NCBI GenBank assembly: GCA_963702095.1
Contig: OY969706.1
Location: 448,001 to 512,000, forward strand
From: Candidatus Bathyarchaeota archaeon
Lineage (GTDB): Archaea; Thermoproteota; Bathyarchaeia; Bathyarchaeales; Bathycorpusculaceae
Direction of reading: 5' to 3'
DNA: 64,000 nucleotides
Position 1 is the stretch's first letter, and each line of letters opens with the position of its first letter. The translations under genes and the position numbers were made by a program. Shown here in pieces: positions 49,608 through 59,822 of this stretch. Under the pieces are notes generated by a model. It did no database searches, was not told the DNA's origin, and worked only from the letters and a program-made list of their open reading frames with translations.

Positions 49608-50951
49608 CTAAAAAAGCTTAAACCCAGCGCATAACTCCAGCCAAAGCACCAGCGAAGCCACCGCCACCTCCACAATCGACACAACGGCGCCCACTTTGAG
49701 GTACTGCCACAGGCTGATGCTGACGCCTCTGCGCCGCATGGTTTCCATCCACATCAAAATCGCCAGCGACCCCAACGGGAAAAAGTGCGGTCCCACATTG
49801 TTGCCGATGACATTGCTAAACACTAAGCTGGTTAGTTGGGTGCCTGTGGCGCCGATGTTTTGGATGCTAAGTAAGCCGAGGATGGTCATGGGCCAATTGT
49901 TCATGAAACTCGCGCCGACTGTTACCACCATGCTAGGGCCGAAAACTCCAAGCACCGAGGGCAACCTGCTGGTGGCATCAAGCGCCGAAGCCAAAAGACC
50001 GGTGATGCCTGCCGACGCCAAGCCCTGCACAACGATGAAGATGCACAGCATAAACAGTACAATATCCCAGTTAATGTCGTGTGCCAATCCCTTGAGCCCC
50101 TTTTTCTCCCCGTTCACGGAGCCAACACGTTTGAGCGTAAACCAGTACACTGCGCCCAAGAAGACTGCGCCGCTGCAGATAACAAGAGAAACCGGCACAC
50201 GCCAAAGCGAAGTCAACACGTAGCCAACATCAACCGCCACCAAGGTGCCAAAACAAACCCGCAGCAGCCCCGTAGAGATCAAGGGTTTTCCGTGGGCGAT
50301 GGCGTCGGCTGCTTCAGGGTTGTACGCGGTGGGGATTCCTTTTCTGAAAAACAGGTACACGATGAGGATGCTGCTGGTTATGGTGGCGACGGCGATGGGT
50401 CCCATGAAGACGAGGTGGTCGATGAAACTGTAGCCGAAGAAGTCGGCGCTTAGGATGTTGATGGGGTTGCTGGTTATGAGGGGCATGGCGGCGGTGTCGG
50501 CGATTAAGCCTGCGCTGAAGAGGTAGGCGATTTTGCCTTTTGTGTCGATGTTTAGGCAGGATACGATTTCTAGGACGATGGGGATTAGGATGAGTATGGC
50601 GCTGTCGTTGGCGAAGAGGATACTGACCGCCGCTGTTAGCAGGGTGACGTAGAAATACAGCTTCAACCCGCTGCCCCCCGCCAACTTCACCACTCGTAGG
50701 GCCGCCCACTTGAAGAAACCCATCGCATCCAAAACCACGGAGAGCGCCACAATGCCGATGAACGCCAACGCTGCATCCCAGATGTTTAGGAAAGACTCAG
50801 CTGCCTGACTCAAACTAACCGTGCCCAAAACCAGCGAAGCCACCGCGCCAATCGCCGCCGCGTACCCCAGCCGCATGCCCCATGGACGCTTAATCATCAG
50901 AAACAGCGTTGACCCGAAGATTGATAGTGCCGCTATAGCGACGTAGTCCAA
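49608..50951 (-). CDS. ArsB/NhaD family transporter
   Basis: FANDSAIL, SNPINI, GSLAILMW; about 12 TMs. Confidence 0.85.
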   Translation of the reverse strand: MDYVAIAALSIFGSTLFLMIKRPWGMRLGYAAAIGAVASLVLGTVSLSQAAESFLNIWDAALAFIGIVALSVVLDAMGFFKWAALRVVKLAGGSGLKLYFYVTLLTAAVSILFANDSAILILIPIVLEIVSCLNIDTKGKIAYLFSAGLIADTAAMPLITSNPINILSADFFGYSFIDHLVFMGPIAVATITSSILIVYLFFRKGIPTAYNPEAADAIAHGKPLISTGLLRVCFGTLVAVDVGYVLTSLWRVPVSLVICSGAVFLGAVYWFTLKRVGSVNGEKKGLKGLAHDINWDIVLFMLCIFIVVQGLASAGITGLLASALDATSRLPSVLGVFGPSMVVTVGASFMNNWPMTILGLLSIQNIGATGTQLTSLVFSNVIGNNVGPHFFPLGSLAILMWMETMRRRGVSISLWQYLKVGAVVSIVEVAVASLVLWLELCAGFKLF

Positions 50952-51053
50952 AGGGAGCCTCGCATGAAGAGACAGGCGATGGCTTCAGCTATAAAAGATT
51001 AGCTAACCAAACAAGACGAATTCAAGAAGACACAAAGAAAGAAGAAAGATTGA

Positions 51054-52115
51054 TTATTTTTTGGGTTGCTTTGGACGCAAACTGCGGACGGTTTCACCTG
51101 CACGCCACATTTCGCTTTGACCCATCTCTTTGAGTTCGTCAGCGAGTTTCTGGCGGTAATCCGCTGCTTTGCTCTTCTCCAAGACAATGCGTGTTTCTTC
51201 GCCTGCTGCAACCAACTCGTAGAGGCTGTCAAACACTGGTTGGGTTGCGCTGCGGAACCGTTCTTTCCAGCGTAATGCGCCGATGCGGGCGGTTTCGCTG
51301 CAGTTGCAGTACATCCAGTCCATGCCGTTCTCGTCTACTAGGCGGATGAGGCTCTGGGTGAGTTCTTCGACGGTTTCGTTGAAGGCTTCGCTTGGGCTAT
51401 GACCGTTAGCGCGAAGTGTGTTATACTGAGCTTCAAGGATGCCGGCTAACGCGCCCATTAGTGTGCCGCGTTCGCCTGTTAAGTCGCTGTAAACTTCTTT
51501 TTCAAAGGTTGTTGGGAAAAGGTATCCTGCGCCGATGGCGATGCCGAGGGCTTTTGCTCGATCCATGGCTTTGCCTGTGGCGTCTTGGTGGACGGCGAAG
51601 CTGCAGTTGATGCCTGATCCGTCGACAAAGTTGCGTCGGACACTTGTGCCGCTGCCTTTGGGTGCAACTAGAATAACGTCGATGTCTTTGGGCGGGATAA
51701 CGCCTGTTTGTTCTTTGTAGACGATGCTAAATCCGTGGCTGAAGTAGAGGGCGTCGCCAGCTTTGAGGGTGACTTTGATTTTTGGCCATAATGCTTTCTG
51801 TGCAGCGTCGGTTAAGAGGAACATTTTGATGGTTCCTTTTTTGGCTGCTTCTTCAAGTGGGAAGAGGTTTTCGCCAGGTTTCCATCCGTCAGCGATTGCT
51901 TTGTCCCATTCTTTTTTGAATATGCCTTCTTTTTCTTGTCCAATGATTACTTTTACGCCGTTGTCTCTCATGTTTAGTGATTGGGCTGCTCCTTGTATGC
52001 CGTAGCCTAAGGAGACGACGACTTCTTCTTTTAGAATTTTTTGGGCTTGCGCCACACTGAACTCTTTGCGGGTGATGACGTCTTCTTTGACGCCACCGAA
52101 ATCCATTTTGACCAT
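51054..52115 (-). CDS. ilvC: Ketol-acid reductoisomerase
   Basis: GYGIQG, FSHGF, VAPKGSG, SDLTGERG, CSETA. Confidence 0.95.
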   Translation of the reverse strand: MVKMDFGGVKEDVITRKEFSVAQAQKILKEEVVVSLGYGIQGAAQSLNMRDNGVKVIIGQEKEGIFKKEWDKAIADGWKPGENLFPLEEAAKKGTIKMFLLTDAAQKALWPKIKVTLKAGDALYFSHGFSIVYKEQTGVIPPKDIDVILVAPKGSGTSVRRNFVDGSGINCSFAVHQDATGKAMDRAKALGIAIGAGYLFPTTFEKEVYSDLTGERGTLMGALAGILEAQYNTLRANGHSPSEAFNETVEELTQSLIRLVDENGMDWMYCNCSETARIGALRWKERFRSATQPVFDSLYELVAAGEETRIVLEKSKAADYRQKLADELKEMGQSEMWRAGETVRSLRPKQPKK

Positions 52116-52213
52116 TTTAGTTTCCTCAAGCCAGACAGTTTAGAGAACGAGGTAATTAAGAATTTTGTAGCAAACTCCCAAGATAATACCGAGTAAGCCG
52201 AGAAATAATTGTT

Positions 52214-52450
52214 CTATAGTAGCTTCAACCGTTTTTCTATAACTACAAACAACACGTAGGTAGCTAGCCCTACTATTATTAGGGTGACGCCTAAAATCGT
52301 AGATACCGCAAATATGGCGTATATTCCTGCTACTATGAAGATTAGTCCCAAAATGCCCATAATGCCCAGAATAGCCATGTTCCTGCTACTGAGGGGTTCT
52401 TTTTCCTCGTGTTTTTGACGCTTAGGTTTCTGCACTGATTTTTTAGGCAT
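52214..52450 (-). CDS. Small 2-TM membrane protein
   Basis: Basic N terminus and two hydrophobic helices. Confidence 0.7.
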   Translation of the reverse strand: MPKKSVQKPKRQKHEEKEPLSSRNMAILGIMGILGLIFIVAGIYAIFAVSTILGVTLIIVGLATYVLFVVIEKRLKLL

Positions 52451-52549
52451 TTTCTTGACCCGTTGAGAATCACTGGAACAGTCGTTAACTAATAACTTTT
52501 GGGTAGCTAAAGTACAAAAGGCTAAAAACAAAAGGGTCTACTGTACTTT

Positions 52550-53038
52550 ATGGGTTCTGCATTTACCCCCGACCAAATTGCGCCCTGCGGCATGAACTGC
52601 GGCATCTGCAAAGCCTACCTTGCGTATTCACGCGGCGTCCCCACAAAGAAGGGGCAAGTATCCCATTGTTCTGGCTGCCGTGTCAGAGGCAAAAACTGTG
52701 CGTTTGTCAAACGGGGCTGCCCAAGAAAGGTTGGCAAAGAACTCGATTCCTGCACTGAATGCCCCGACATGCCCTGCCCACGCTTAGCCAAACTAGACGC
52801 CCATTACCATGCACGTTACAGCATGAGTATGATAGAAAACCTCAATTTGATCAAAGAGAAGGGCATGGATGAGTTTCTCAAAAGCCAAACCGAAAAGTAC
52901 CGTTGCCCAAGCTGCAGCGATGTCGTGTCGGTACATGATGGAAAATGTTACGCTTGCGGTTATCAGGTTGAAAAGCCCATGCAGAAAGTCGGTAAAACCC
53001 AATGGGATAATGCGCGGTGGGTGCCCGATCGAAAATAG
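52550..53038 (+). CDS. DUF3795-like Cys-rich protein
   Basis: APCGMNCGIC, CSGCR, CTECPDMPC, CPSC..CYAC. Confidence 0.8.
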   Translation: MGSAFTPDQIAPCGMNCGICKAYLAYSRGVPTKKGQVSHCSGCRVRGKNCAFVKRGCPRKVGKELDSCTECPDMPCPRLAKLDAHYHARYSMSMIENLNLIKEKGMDEFLKSQTEKYRCPSCSDVVSVHDGKCYACGYQVEKPMQKVGKTQWDNARWVPDRK

Positions 53039-53096
53039 ATCTGTTGCTTAGCCACCGTTCCGCTCTCTACTTTAGAGATTCAATCGGTCGTTTACA

Positions 53097-54275
53097 TCAT
53101 TTTTTAAATGCGGCCAGCGCAGCCTCAGTTTTGGGTCCGCCCAAGTCTTTGGCGACTTCTTTGAGTTTCTCAGGGATGTTGATGTGTTGTGGGCAGCGTT
53201 CGATGCATTGTTTGCAGTCCTTGCACAGTGAAGCGTCGGCTCGTACGCCTGTTAATCCGCCCATGAGGAAGGCAGCGTACATTCCTCGGGTTTGCTGTTC
53301 GTCACCGCTTAGGTAGAATTCGTTGTAGGCTTGGAAGTTGCGGGGGATGTTGACGCCGTTTAGGCAGGGCATGCAGTACTGGCAGCCTGTGCAGTTGACT
53401 TTTAAGAGTCTGTGGTAGGTGTCAGCTGCCTTTTTGACTGTAGCTAACTCGTCGGACCCTAAGGAGTTGGGCAGGGCGGTTTCGGCGGTTTTGAGATTCT
53501 CCACTACCTGGCTTTCCTCGTTCATACCTGAAAGTAGCAAGGTGACTTCAGGGTGGTTCCACACCCAACGCAGGGCCCACTCAGCTGGACTCCGCTCAAC
53601 CTGGGCTGCTTCAAAGATTTTCTTGGCATCCACCGGCAATTTGTCTGCTAAGCCGCCGCCCCGCAACGGCTCCATAACCACAACAGCAAGCTTCTGAGAA
53701 GCCGCATACTTGAGTCCCTCGGTTCCAGCCTGCAACTTCTCGTCAACATAGTTATACTGGATTTGGCACATGACCCAGTCGTTGGCGGCGATGACTTCTT
53801 TGAAAACCGGCAGTGAACCGTGGAAGGAGAAGCACATGTTTACGATTTTGCCGTCTGCTTTAGCTTTTTGCAGGAACTCGATTGCGCCGAAACTTTGCAG
53901 TTTATTCCAAAACTCCCCTTCCAACCCGTGGAGAAGGTAGTAGTCGATGTGGTCGGTTTGGAGTTTCTGCAGGGAGGTGTTGAGCATTTTTTCCATGTCT
54001 TCGGGTTGACGGAGCATGAATGGGGTGAGTTTGGTGGCGACTTTTACTTTTTCGCGGTAGCCGTCTTGGAGGGCTTTGCCGAGGATTTTTTCGCTTTCGC
54101 CCATGTGGTAGGGTGGGGCGGAGTCAACGTAGTTTACGCCGTTGTCTATGGCAAGGCGAATCTGCTCTATGGCTCTTTTTTCATCCACGGCTTGTCCCTT
54201 TATGGGCAGCCGCATACATCCAAAGCCTAGCACCGATAATTTGTCACCGTTCTTTGGAACAATCCTGTACTGCAT
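53097..54275 (-). CDS. Aldo/keto reductase with C-terminal Fe-S domain
   Basis: LGFGCMRLP, DYYLLH, MEPLRGG, CTGCQYCMPC, CKDCKQCIERCPQ. Confidence 0.92.
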   Translation of the reverse strand: MQYRIVPKNGDKLSVLGFGCMRLPIKGQAVDEKRAIEQIRLAIDNGVNYVDSAPPYHMGESEKILGKALQDGYREKVKVATKLTPFMLRQPEDMEKMLNTSLQKLQTDHIDYYLLHGLEGEFWNKLQSFGAIEFLQKAKADGKIVNMCFSFHGSLPVFKEVIAANDWVMCQIQYNYVDEKLQAGTEGLKYAASQKLAVVVMEPLRGGGLADKLPVDAKKIFEAAQVERSPAEWALRWVWNHPEVTLLLSGMNEESQVVENLKTAETALPNSLGSDELATVKKAADTYHRLLKVNCTGCQYCMPCLNGVNIPRNFQAYNEFYLSGDEQQTRGMYAAFLMGGLTGVRADASLCKDCKQCIERCPQHINIPEKLKEVAKDLGGPKTEAALAAFKK

Positions 54276-54345
54276 AACTAAACACTCCAAAACGCAAAGA
54301 TTAGGGGAGATTGTTTTTGCTCTTAAAGATATGCCAAATCTTCGG

Positions 54346-55227
54346 TTAAAGGTTTAGGCGCTCTCTTTTCTCATAGATGCCTTTCCACGGATTCACATTG
54401 CGTTTGGCAACTGTGGAGAGGGTGTAATCTTGGGGTTTGATGCCTGCTTTGACTTCGCTCCACTCCAGCGGCGCCGAAACCGTTGCCTCCTTGGTGGGTC
54501 GGAGGCTGTAGGGGATAACCATGGTGCGCATGGGCGAGTTTTGGAGGTAGTCGGCAAAGACTTTGCCCGGTTTCTTGGTGTCCCTAAACTCGGAAACCAC
54601 CAAATCGTTTTCTTTAGCCAATTCCACGCCGATTTTATGCACAAAACTGCGGACCCGCTCAAAGGAGTACTCTGGCTCAATGGGCGCCACTACATGTAAG
54701 CCTTTTTTGCCAGAGGTTTTAACAAACGGCGTCAACCCCAACTCGCGCAGTTTGTCTTTTAGCAGCAGGGCAACTTCAGCAGCGTCGCTTAATGTCGCTG
54801 GCGGCTCAGGGTCAACGTCAAAAAACAGCATGTCAGGCTTGTCTAAGTCGGCGGTGGTGGAGAAGGGCATGTGGATTTCGAGCGCAGCCAAGTTTGCCAG
54901 CCAAATCAGGGTGTCAAGGTCATTGCAGACGATGTAGTGCACGTCCCGCTTGGAAGTGGGGGAATAGATGGTTTGTAGTTTCACCCAGTTAGGGGTGCCT
55001 TCAGGCGCGTTTTTTTCAAAGAAGCTCATTTTGCCGCCCTCTACGCCGTCAGGGTAACGGGTTAAAACAAGTGGGCGATTGGCTATTACGGGGAGGATTT
55101 TAGGCGCCATTTTGATGTAGTATTCTATGACCATGCCTTTGGTTAGGTTGGCGTCTGGGTAGAAGCATTTGTCGAGGTTTTTGAGTTTAACCTTGGTTAA
55201 CTTTTTTAGCTCATTGAAATCTTCCAT
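54346..55227 (-). CDS. Stand-alone LigD polymerase/primase (AEP) domain protein
   Basis: RYPDG, FFEKN, FDVDP (DxD), KTSGKKGLH, DYLQN, PYSLR, VSAPLEW. Confidence 0.9.
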   Translation of the reverse strand: MEDFNELKKLTKVKLKNLDKCFYPDANLTKGMVIEYYIKMAPKILPVIANRPLVLTRYPDGVEGGKMSFFEKNAPEGTPNWVKLQTIYSPTSKRDVHYIVCNDLDTLIWLANLAALEIHMPFSTTADLDKPDMLFFDVDPEPPATLSDAAEVALLLKDKLRELGLTPFVKTSGKKGLHVVAPIEPEYSFERVRSFVHKIGVELAKENDLVVSEFRDTKKPGKVFADYLQNSPMRTMVIPYSLRPTKEATVSAPLEWSEVKAGIKPQDYTLSTVAKRNVNPWKGIYEKRERLNL

Positions 55228-55479
55228 AAGTAAATACACCAAAACCTTGATTGAAGCCTGAAAAGCATATGTTTTTTCTAGGCTTTTTGGCTTTTGGACG
55301 CGATGTGGGCAACTCTGGACAACTGCTACATTTATTCCGTGAAAAACATGTTTTTTTACAGTTAAAAATATATAGGAAACGTGCTCTATTTAGAGTTGCA
55401 GAATTAGTTCAAGAAAGGATTCTCGTACTTGTCATCTTTTCATGATAATTCGCTAATAAAAAGGGGGAGATAATGTAAG

Positions 55480-56112
55480 ATGAAATCGAAAAAGCCAACC
55501 TTAGAGGACCAGTTAGCCTTTATCTCAGCGCAGCATGACGTTTACCCAACAGAACTCTTCTCGGCATTAACCCGTTCAAAAGACGAAGGCAAAATCGCGG
55601 TAGGCGACTTAGACGTGGAATACCGTGGCAGCGTAGGCGACCAAGCTATCTTCTTAATCAAAAAAGAAGGCAAAGTGGTTGCACAGTTCCGCGTACCCGA
55701 AGAAACCTTAGCCCGCACCGACGTTTCCTTTGACAGCTCCATGGACTCTGGCAGAGTACGCCGTGAAATTGCAAGGCAGAACCCAGCGCCTTCCCACCTT
55801 AAAATCGAGGATTTACGGGTAGGCATGAAAAAAATCAATATAGTTGCAGAAGTCAAAGAAGTATCTGAGCCATCAAAAGTTCACACACAATTCCGAGACA
55901 ACGCCGTGGTTTCAAACGCTGTAGTTGAGGATGAAACAGGCAAGATTTTATTGTGCCTTTGGGATCAGCAGGTCAACACTGTACATGTGGGCGACTGCGT
56001 TGAAGTTAAGAATGCACATGTGGCACTGTTTAAGGGTGAAAAACAACTGCGTCTTGGCAAAAACGGCTCTGTAACCATCGCCGCTAAGGCTCTTGAAAAC
56101 GAAATCGCCTAA
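55480..56112 (+). CDS. OB-fold ssDNA-binding (SSB/RPA-like) protein with unknown N-terminal domain
   Basis: KIEDLR..DETGKI.L.LWD..GD..NA.V..FKGEKQL. Confidence 0.85.
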   Translation: MKSKKPTLEDQLAFISAQHDVYPTELFSALTRSKDEGKIAVGDLDVEYRGSVGDQAIFLIKKEGKVVAQFRVPEETLARTDVSFDSSMDSGRVRREIARQNPAPSHLKIEDLRVGMKKINIVAEVKEVSEPSKVHTQFRDNAVVSNAVVEDETGKILLCLWDQQVNTVHVGDCVEVKNAHVALFKGEKQLRLGKNGSVTIAAKALENEIA

Positions 56113-56158
56113 ATCTCTTTTTTTATCCGAGTTTATCTTTACACTTTTTCAGGTAATA

Positions 56159-56471
56159 TTAGAAAATACTCGCTTCGGTTGCTTCTGGAACGTGAGTGAA
56201 TTTGGCAGCTTTCTTTTTATGCAATAGCAAAGCCGCCGTCACCACTATAACCGCAGCTACCCCCGCAACAGCAACTGTCTCAACTATTAACGTGTAATCT
56301 GTTTGAGACCCCGTCACTTGCCCATTATCTTCGTTATATCCGTTGGGGGCACCTGAGACATCTGGTCTCGTAAAGTTGTCGCCGCCTGGACCGCCAAAAG
56401 TGCCGTTAAAACCGTTTGGACCCATACCGCCGTTTGGAAAGCCCATGGAACCGTTGAAGTCACCCGGAGGC
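56159..56471 (-). pseudogene. C-terminal fragment of a Gly-rich membrane-anchored protein, abutting repeat B
   Basis: PPGDFNGSMGFPNGG.., TM and KKK; upstream sequence is repeat B with no signal peptide. Confidence 0.55.
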
Positions 56472-56575
56472 CGCCTCAACCAAACTGCAACGTAAACTAA
56501 ACGCAGATGCAAAAAAGCAATCTTTAGCATTTCGCGCTGGAAGATGATGTATAAGGGCGACGTTCTCATCTTCTT
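56472..56575 (-). repeat. Dispersed intergenic repeat family B, copy 4 (3'-truncated)
   Basis: Reverse complement AAGAAGATGAGAACGTCGCCCTTATACATCATCTTCC...TTGCAGTTTGGTTGAGGCG. Confidence 0.75.
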
Positions 56576-56813
56576 AATACTGGAAAAATAAAAACGGGGG
56601 CTGCTTGGGGAACCATTTAATACCTCCGTATCCCTACAGCATTGCAGAGTGCCCAAGTATCAGCCGCAGAAAGCTAACTATGCACGTGTTGCGCTTATTA
56701 TTAAGCGGGTTATTGGCTGGTGTGTGCACTACTGTTTGTTTTTGGTGCCAGAGACATATTTATATTAGGCTTCATTGTTTTACTGCAAGGAAAACCAATA
56801 GGATAGAGAATCT

Positions 56814-57278
56814 TTGACGACTCCACATGACGTTCCAGCATCGGAATTCATCGACCGTTTAGCAAAGTACCTTAGGGAAAACGTTGACGAAGTCCAGCCA
56901 TTACCATGGTCAACGTTTGCTAAAACAGGCACTCACGTTGGGAAGCAACCCCAGAACCCAAACTGGTGGTACACACGCAGCGCGTCGATTCTGCGTAAAG
57001 TTTACATTCACGGTCCCATCGGCTTAGAAAACCTCCGCAGCGACTACGGCGGCAGAAAAAACCGTGGCAGCAAACCGAACCGGGTTACAAAAGCAGGTGG
57101 TAGCGGAATTCGCAAGATACTTCAGCAGCTTGAAACCGCAGGTTTTGTTCAGACGTTGAAGCCGCAGGGCAGGGTTATGACTCCTAAAGGACGCAAGATG
57201 ATGCAGGAAGTTGCTGGAGACCTCTCTAAAGAGCTCGTTAAAACTGTCCCTGAACTTAGGAAGTATCAAGGCGAATAG
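56814..57278 (+). CDS. rps19e: 30S ribosomal protein S19e
   Basis: KTG..WWYTRSASILRK, YGG, LQQLE.AG. Confidence 0.97.
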   Translation: MTTPHDVPASEFIDRLAKYLRENVDEVQPLPWSTFAKTGTHVGKQPQNPNWWYTRSASILRKVYIHGPIGLENLRSDYGGRKNRGSKPNRVTKAGGSGIRKILQQLETAGFVQTLKPQGRVMTPKGRKMMQEVAGDLSKELVKTVPELRKYQGE

Positions 57279-57284
57279 GAACCT

Positions 57285-57614
57285 ATGTCAGATGATGAGC
57301 TTGAGCAAATTCGTAAGCGAAAACTTCATTTGATGCAGAATCGCGTAGGCGACGAGCAGAGGCAGGTTCAAGCAGAACAACAAATGGAGCAGCAGAAACA
57401 GGCGTTCCTCTCAAAGATATTGACGCCTGAAGCTCGGCAACGCCTAAACAACCTTAAAATGGTCAAAAAAGACTTCGCCGAGAACATAGAGTTGCAGCTC
57501 ATTGAGATGGCGCAAACCGGTAAACTGCCGATTCCGCTCAGTGATGCGCAGCTTAAATCAATCCTAATTCAGCTTCAATCAAGGAAGCGAGAGACAACAA
57601 TCAGAAGGATATAG
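57285..57614 (+). CDS. PDCD5-like DNA-binding protein
   Basis: DELEQIRKRKL, ILTPEARQRL..LI; conserved S19e context. Confidence 0.92.
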   Translation: MSDDELEQIRKRKLHLMQNRVGDEQRQVQAEQQMEQQKQAFLSKILTPEARQRLNNLKMVKKDFAENIELQLIEMAQTGKLPIPLSDAQLKSILIQLQSRKRETTIRRI

Positions 57615-57617
57615 AGT

Positions 57618-57776
57618 ATGGCAAGAGTAAAACCAACCGCGAAAAAACTCCGATTAGCAAAAGCAGGCAACATGTCACAGTCCGTTCCAACATGGGTTAT
57701 CGCACGCACCGACGGCAAAGTCAGAGTCAACCCTAAATCTAGGCGTAACTGGCGAACCAGCAAAATAAAGCCTTAA
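57618..57776 (+). CDS. rpl39e: 50S ribosomal protein L39e (absent from the ORF track)
   Basis: MARVKPTAKKLRLAKAGNMSQSVPTWVIARTDGKVRVNPKSRRNWRTSKIKP. Confidence 0.93.
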   Translation: MARVKPTAKKLRLAKAGNMSQSVPTWVIARTDGKVRVNPKSRRNWRTSKIKP

Positions 57777-57790
57777 GGAGAAACCGAACA

Positions 57791-58261
57791 ATGGCAAAAG
57801 AAACCAAACAACAACAAGTACTCCAAGAACAACAAGAAGAAATAGAGCAGCTACCAGAAGAAGAAACAGTAGAGGAAATACCAGAGCAGATCCCCGCCCA
57901 AAAAGAAGTCACCCCAACCGAAACAAAAGAAGAAGCAAAACCCAAACGCAAAAAGAAAGAGGAAGAGATCGCCGAAGAAAGATTCTACACCATACCCCTC
58001 CAAAAAGCCCTGATTCGTCCGCCTAAGAAACGAGCGCCACGCGCTATGTCACTGCTTAAGATCTTCGTCAAGAAACATATGAAACTTGAAATGAAGGTTG
58101 ACGAGGAAGAGGAAGCCGAAGAACTGCCGCAGCTAATCGTCACCCAAGAGGTTAACGAGAAAATCTGGGGTAGAGGAATCGAGAAGCCTCCACGCAGAAT
58201 CAAGGTGCGTGTAACCAAAGACAAAGACGGCAACGTCACGGTTTATCTGGCTGAAAACTAA
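57791..58261 (+). CDS. rpl31e: 50S ribosomal protein L31e with acidic N-terminal extension
   Basis: ERFYTIPL, KRAPRAM, NEKIWGRGIEKPP. Confidence 0.95.
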   Translation: MAKETKQQQVLQEQQEEIEQLPEEETVEEIPEQIPAQKEVTPTETKEEAKPKRKKKEEEIAEERFYTIPLQKALIRPPKKRAPRAMSLLKIFVKKHMKLEMKVDEEEEAEELPQLIVTQEVNEKIWGRGIEKPPRRIKVRVTKDKDGNVTVYLAEN

Positions 58262-58300
58262 TAATTTAATTATTATTTTTTAATTTTTGTTTTATTTTTC

Positions 58301-58425
58301 ATTAGTTGTTGTTGGCGAGAAGTGCCTATACACGGCAACTACCAGCAGGCTTGGCTGTGTTTTGTGTTTGTTTTTCTGTGTTTGGTTTGGGTTGTGGCGG
58401 GTTGTGGAGTAAACTGCAAGCAGAG
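58301..58425 (+). repeat. Dispersed intergenic repeat family B, copy 5
   Basis: GCCTATACAC..GGCTTGGC...GGGTTGTGGCGGGTTGTGG..CAAGCAGAG, compare 7181-7310 and 26691-26815. Confidence 0.7.
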
Positions 58426-58512
58426 TGCTGGCAAGGCGTGGAAGCTTGCGGGTTATGGGTTAGTTTTGATTGGCTTTTTTTCTCTGTACAAGGGGGGGGG
58501 TAACCTGTTTTG

Positions 58513-58695
58513 TCTCTTTATGTGGGTGTGGCGGTTTGTGGGGTGCCACAAGACGGCAACTGAGGGCGGTTGCTTTTTTTGGAGGCTTTGCGTTTCGGCG
58601 TCTGTTTCGGTGTGGCAGAGGCGATTTCTTACACATGCACTGCATGGGTCTATGTTGAAACCGCCGCGGTGTGGATGTGGCGGCATGTATCGTTT
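58513..58695 (+). repeat. Dispersed intergenic repeat family A, copy 3
   Basis: Colinear with the reverse complement of 23542-23729. Confidence 0.92.
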
Positions 58696-58936
58696 AGTAT
58701 TTTTTTCCACACTGTAACATTGAATAGCCGTAACAGGGAATGGGCTCTGGGCTGCGGCTGGGCTTGAGGTAGAGTTGGCTTTGTCAACCCACAGTTAACG
58801 TTTTACGTCTCCCAGACTAGGTTAACAAGCTGGCAATCCCTCTAAAGAGAACTCTTATAAGCAGACTTTCTAAACATACATATGCTACAATACGTAGCTC
58901 AAAACCGCTTATTATCTTAGGAGACTGTAAAACACC

Positions 58937-59368
58937 ATGATTAGAAACGCTGAAGTAACTCAACCCTTGTTTTCTGAAACATGGGTTTTCAAGCTCTACG
59001 TTTGCGGCCAAAGCCAAAGAGCAGTAACAGCGTATTCTAACCTCAAAAAGGTCTGCGACGAACGCTTAAACGGGCAATACCGCATCGAGGTCGTGGATTT
59101 AGTTAAAAACCCAGAATTCGCTCACAGCAACGACATAACCGCGTGCCCAACAGTCATAAAAGAGCATCCTACTCCAAAACGTGTCGTAATAGGCGACCTG
59201 TCTAAAACAGAGGTTGTTCTAGCTAAACTTGATTTCCCAGTTGTCCCCCTTCGGCCCCACCTCATCAAAGGCGCAAAAAGCGTTTCCTTCACTGATACAT
59301 TCTCGCGCATAAGAGAGTTTGCAACTGTCCACTTTGAGACTGTTTTTGCTTCCCCCGGGTCTAAGTAG
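58937..59368 (+). CDS. kaiB: KaiB-like protein (divergent, with C-terminal extension)
   Basis: FKLYVCG..NLKKVC..YRIEVVDLVKNP..PT..P..VIGDLS. Confidence 0.88.
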   Translation: MIRNAEVTQPLFSETWVFKLYVCGQSQRAVTAYSNLKKVCDERLNGQYRIEVVDLVKNPEFAHSNDITACPTVIKEHPTPKRVVIGDLSKTEVVLAKLDFPVVPLRPHLIKGAKSVSFTDTFSRIREFATVHFETVFASPGSK

Positions 59369-59460
59369 GTAAACGGGGCTTTTTTGGTAGCGCTGAATAG
59401 TTTTACGTTTTGGCTAAATTTTATCTACTCAAAGCGTCCACTAGAGCAGTGGCTTTTGCC

Positions 59461-59738
59461 TTGACGGAAACAGCTTGGGAATTTGAACTCTACGTCGTTG
59501 GCAGCCAAACTCCAAAGTCACAGGTAGCTTATGATGCTCTGCAGCGACTTTGCCGTAAATACCTCATAAAAAACTATTCGATTCACCTTGTTGACATTCA
59601 AAAAAACCACAAATTGCTGTGGATAAGCAAATAATGGCTGTTCCAACGACAATCCGCAGGTTGCCCCTGCCAGAGAAGATACTTATTGGCGATCTTTCCA
59701 ACGTCCAAGTAGTGGCAAAAACGCTTAGTCTAACTTAG
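59461..59738 (+). CDS. kaiB: KaiB-like protein; frameshift at ~59600-59610
   Basis: FELYVVGSQTPKS..VDIQKN joins PQIAVDKQIMAVPTTIRRLPLPEKILIGDLS. Confidence 0.8.
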
Positions 59739-59822
59739 AGATAGCGAGTTGTCGGTTGCTTTGAAAAGCTTTATTTAACAATCTTTCTCCTATCTAGTAT
59801 TTTGCGAGGAGCTTGACGCTGT

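Noticed and set aside
58322-58717. Similar ORFs 58322..58717 (+) and 23532..23909 (-) as a duplicated protein family
   Set aside because: The similarity is confined to repeat A, the third copy has a stop in this frame, and the flanking translations are unrelated
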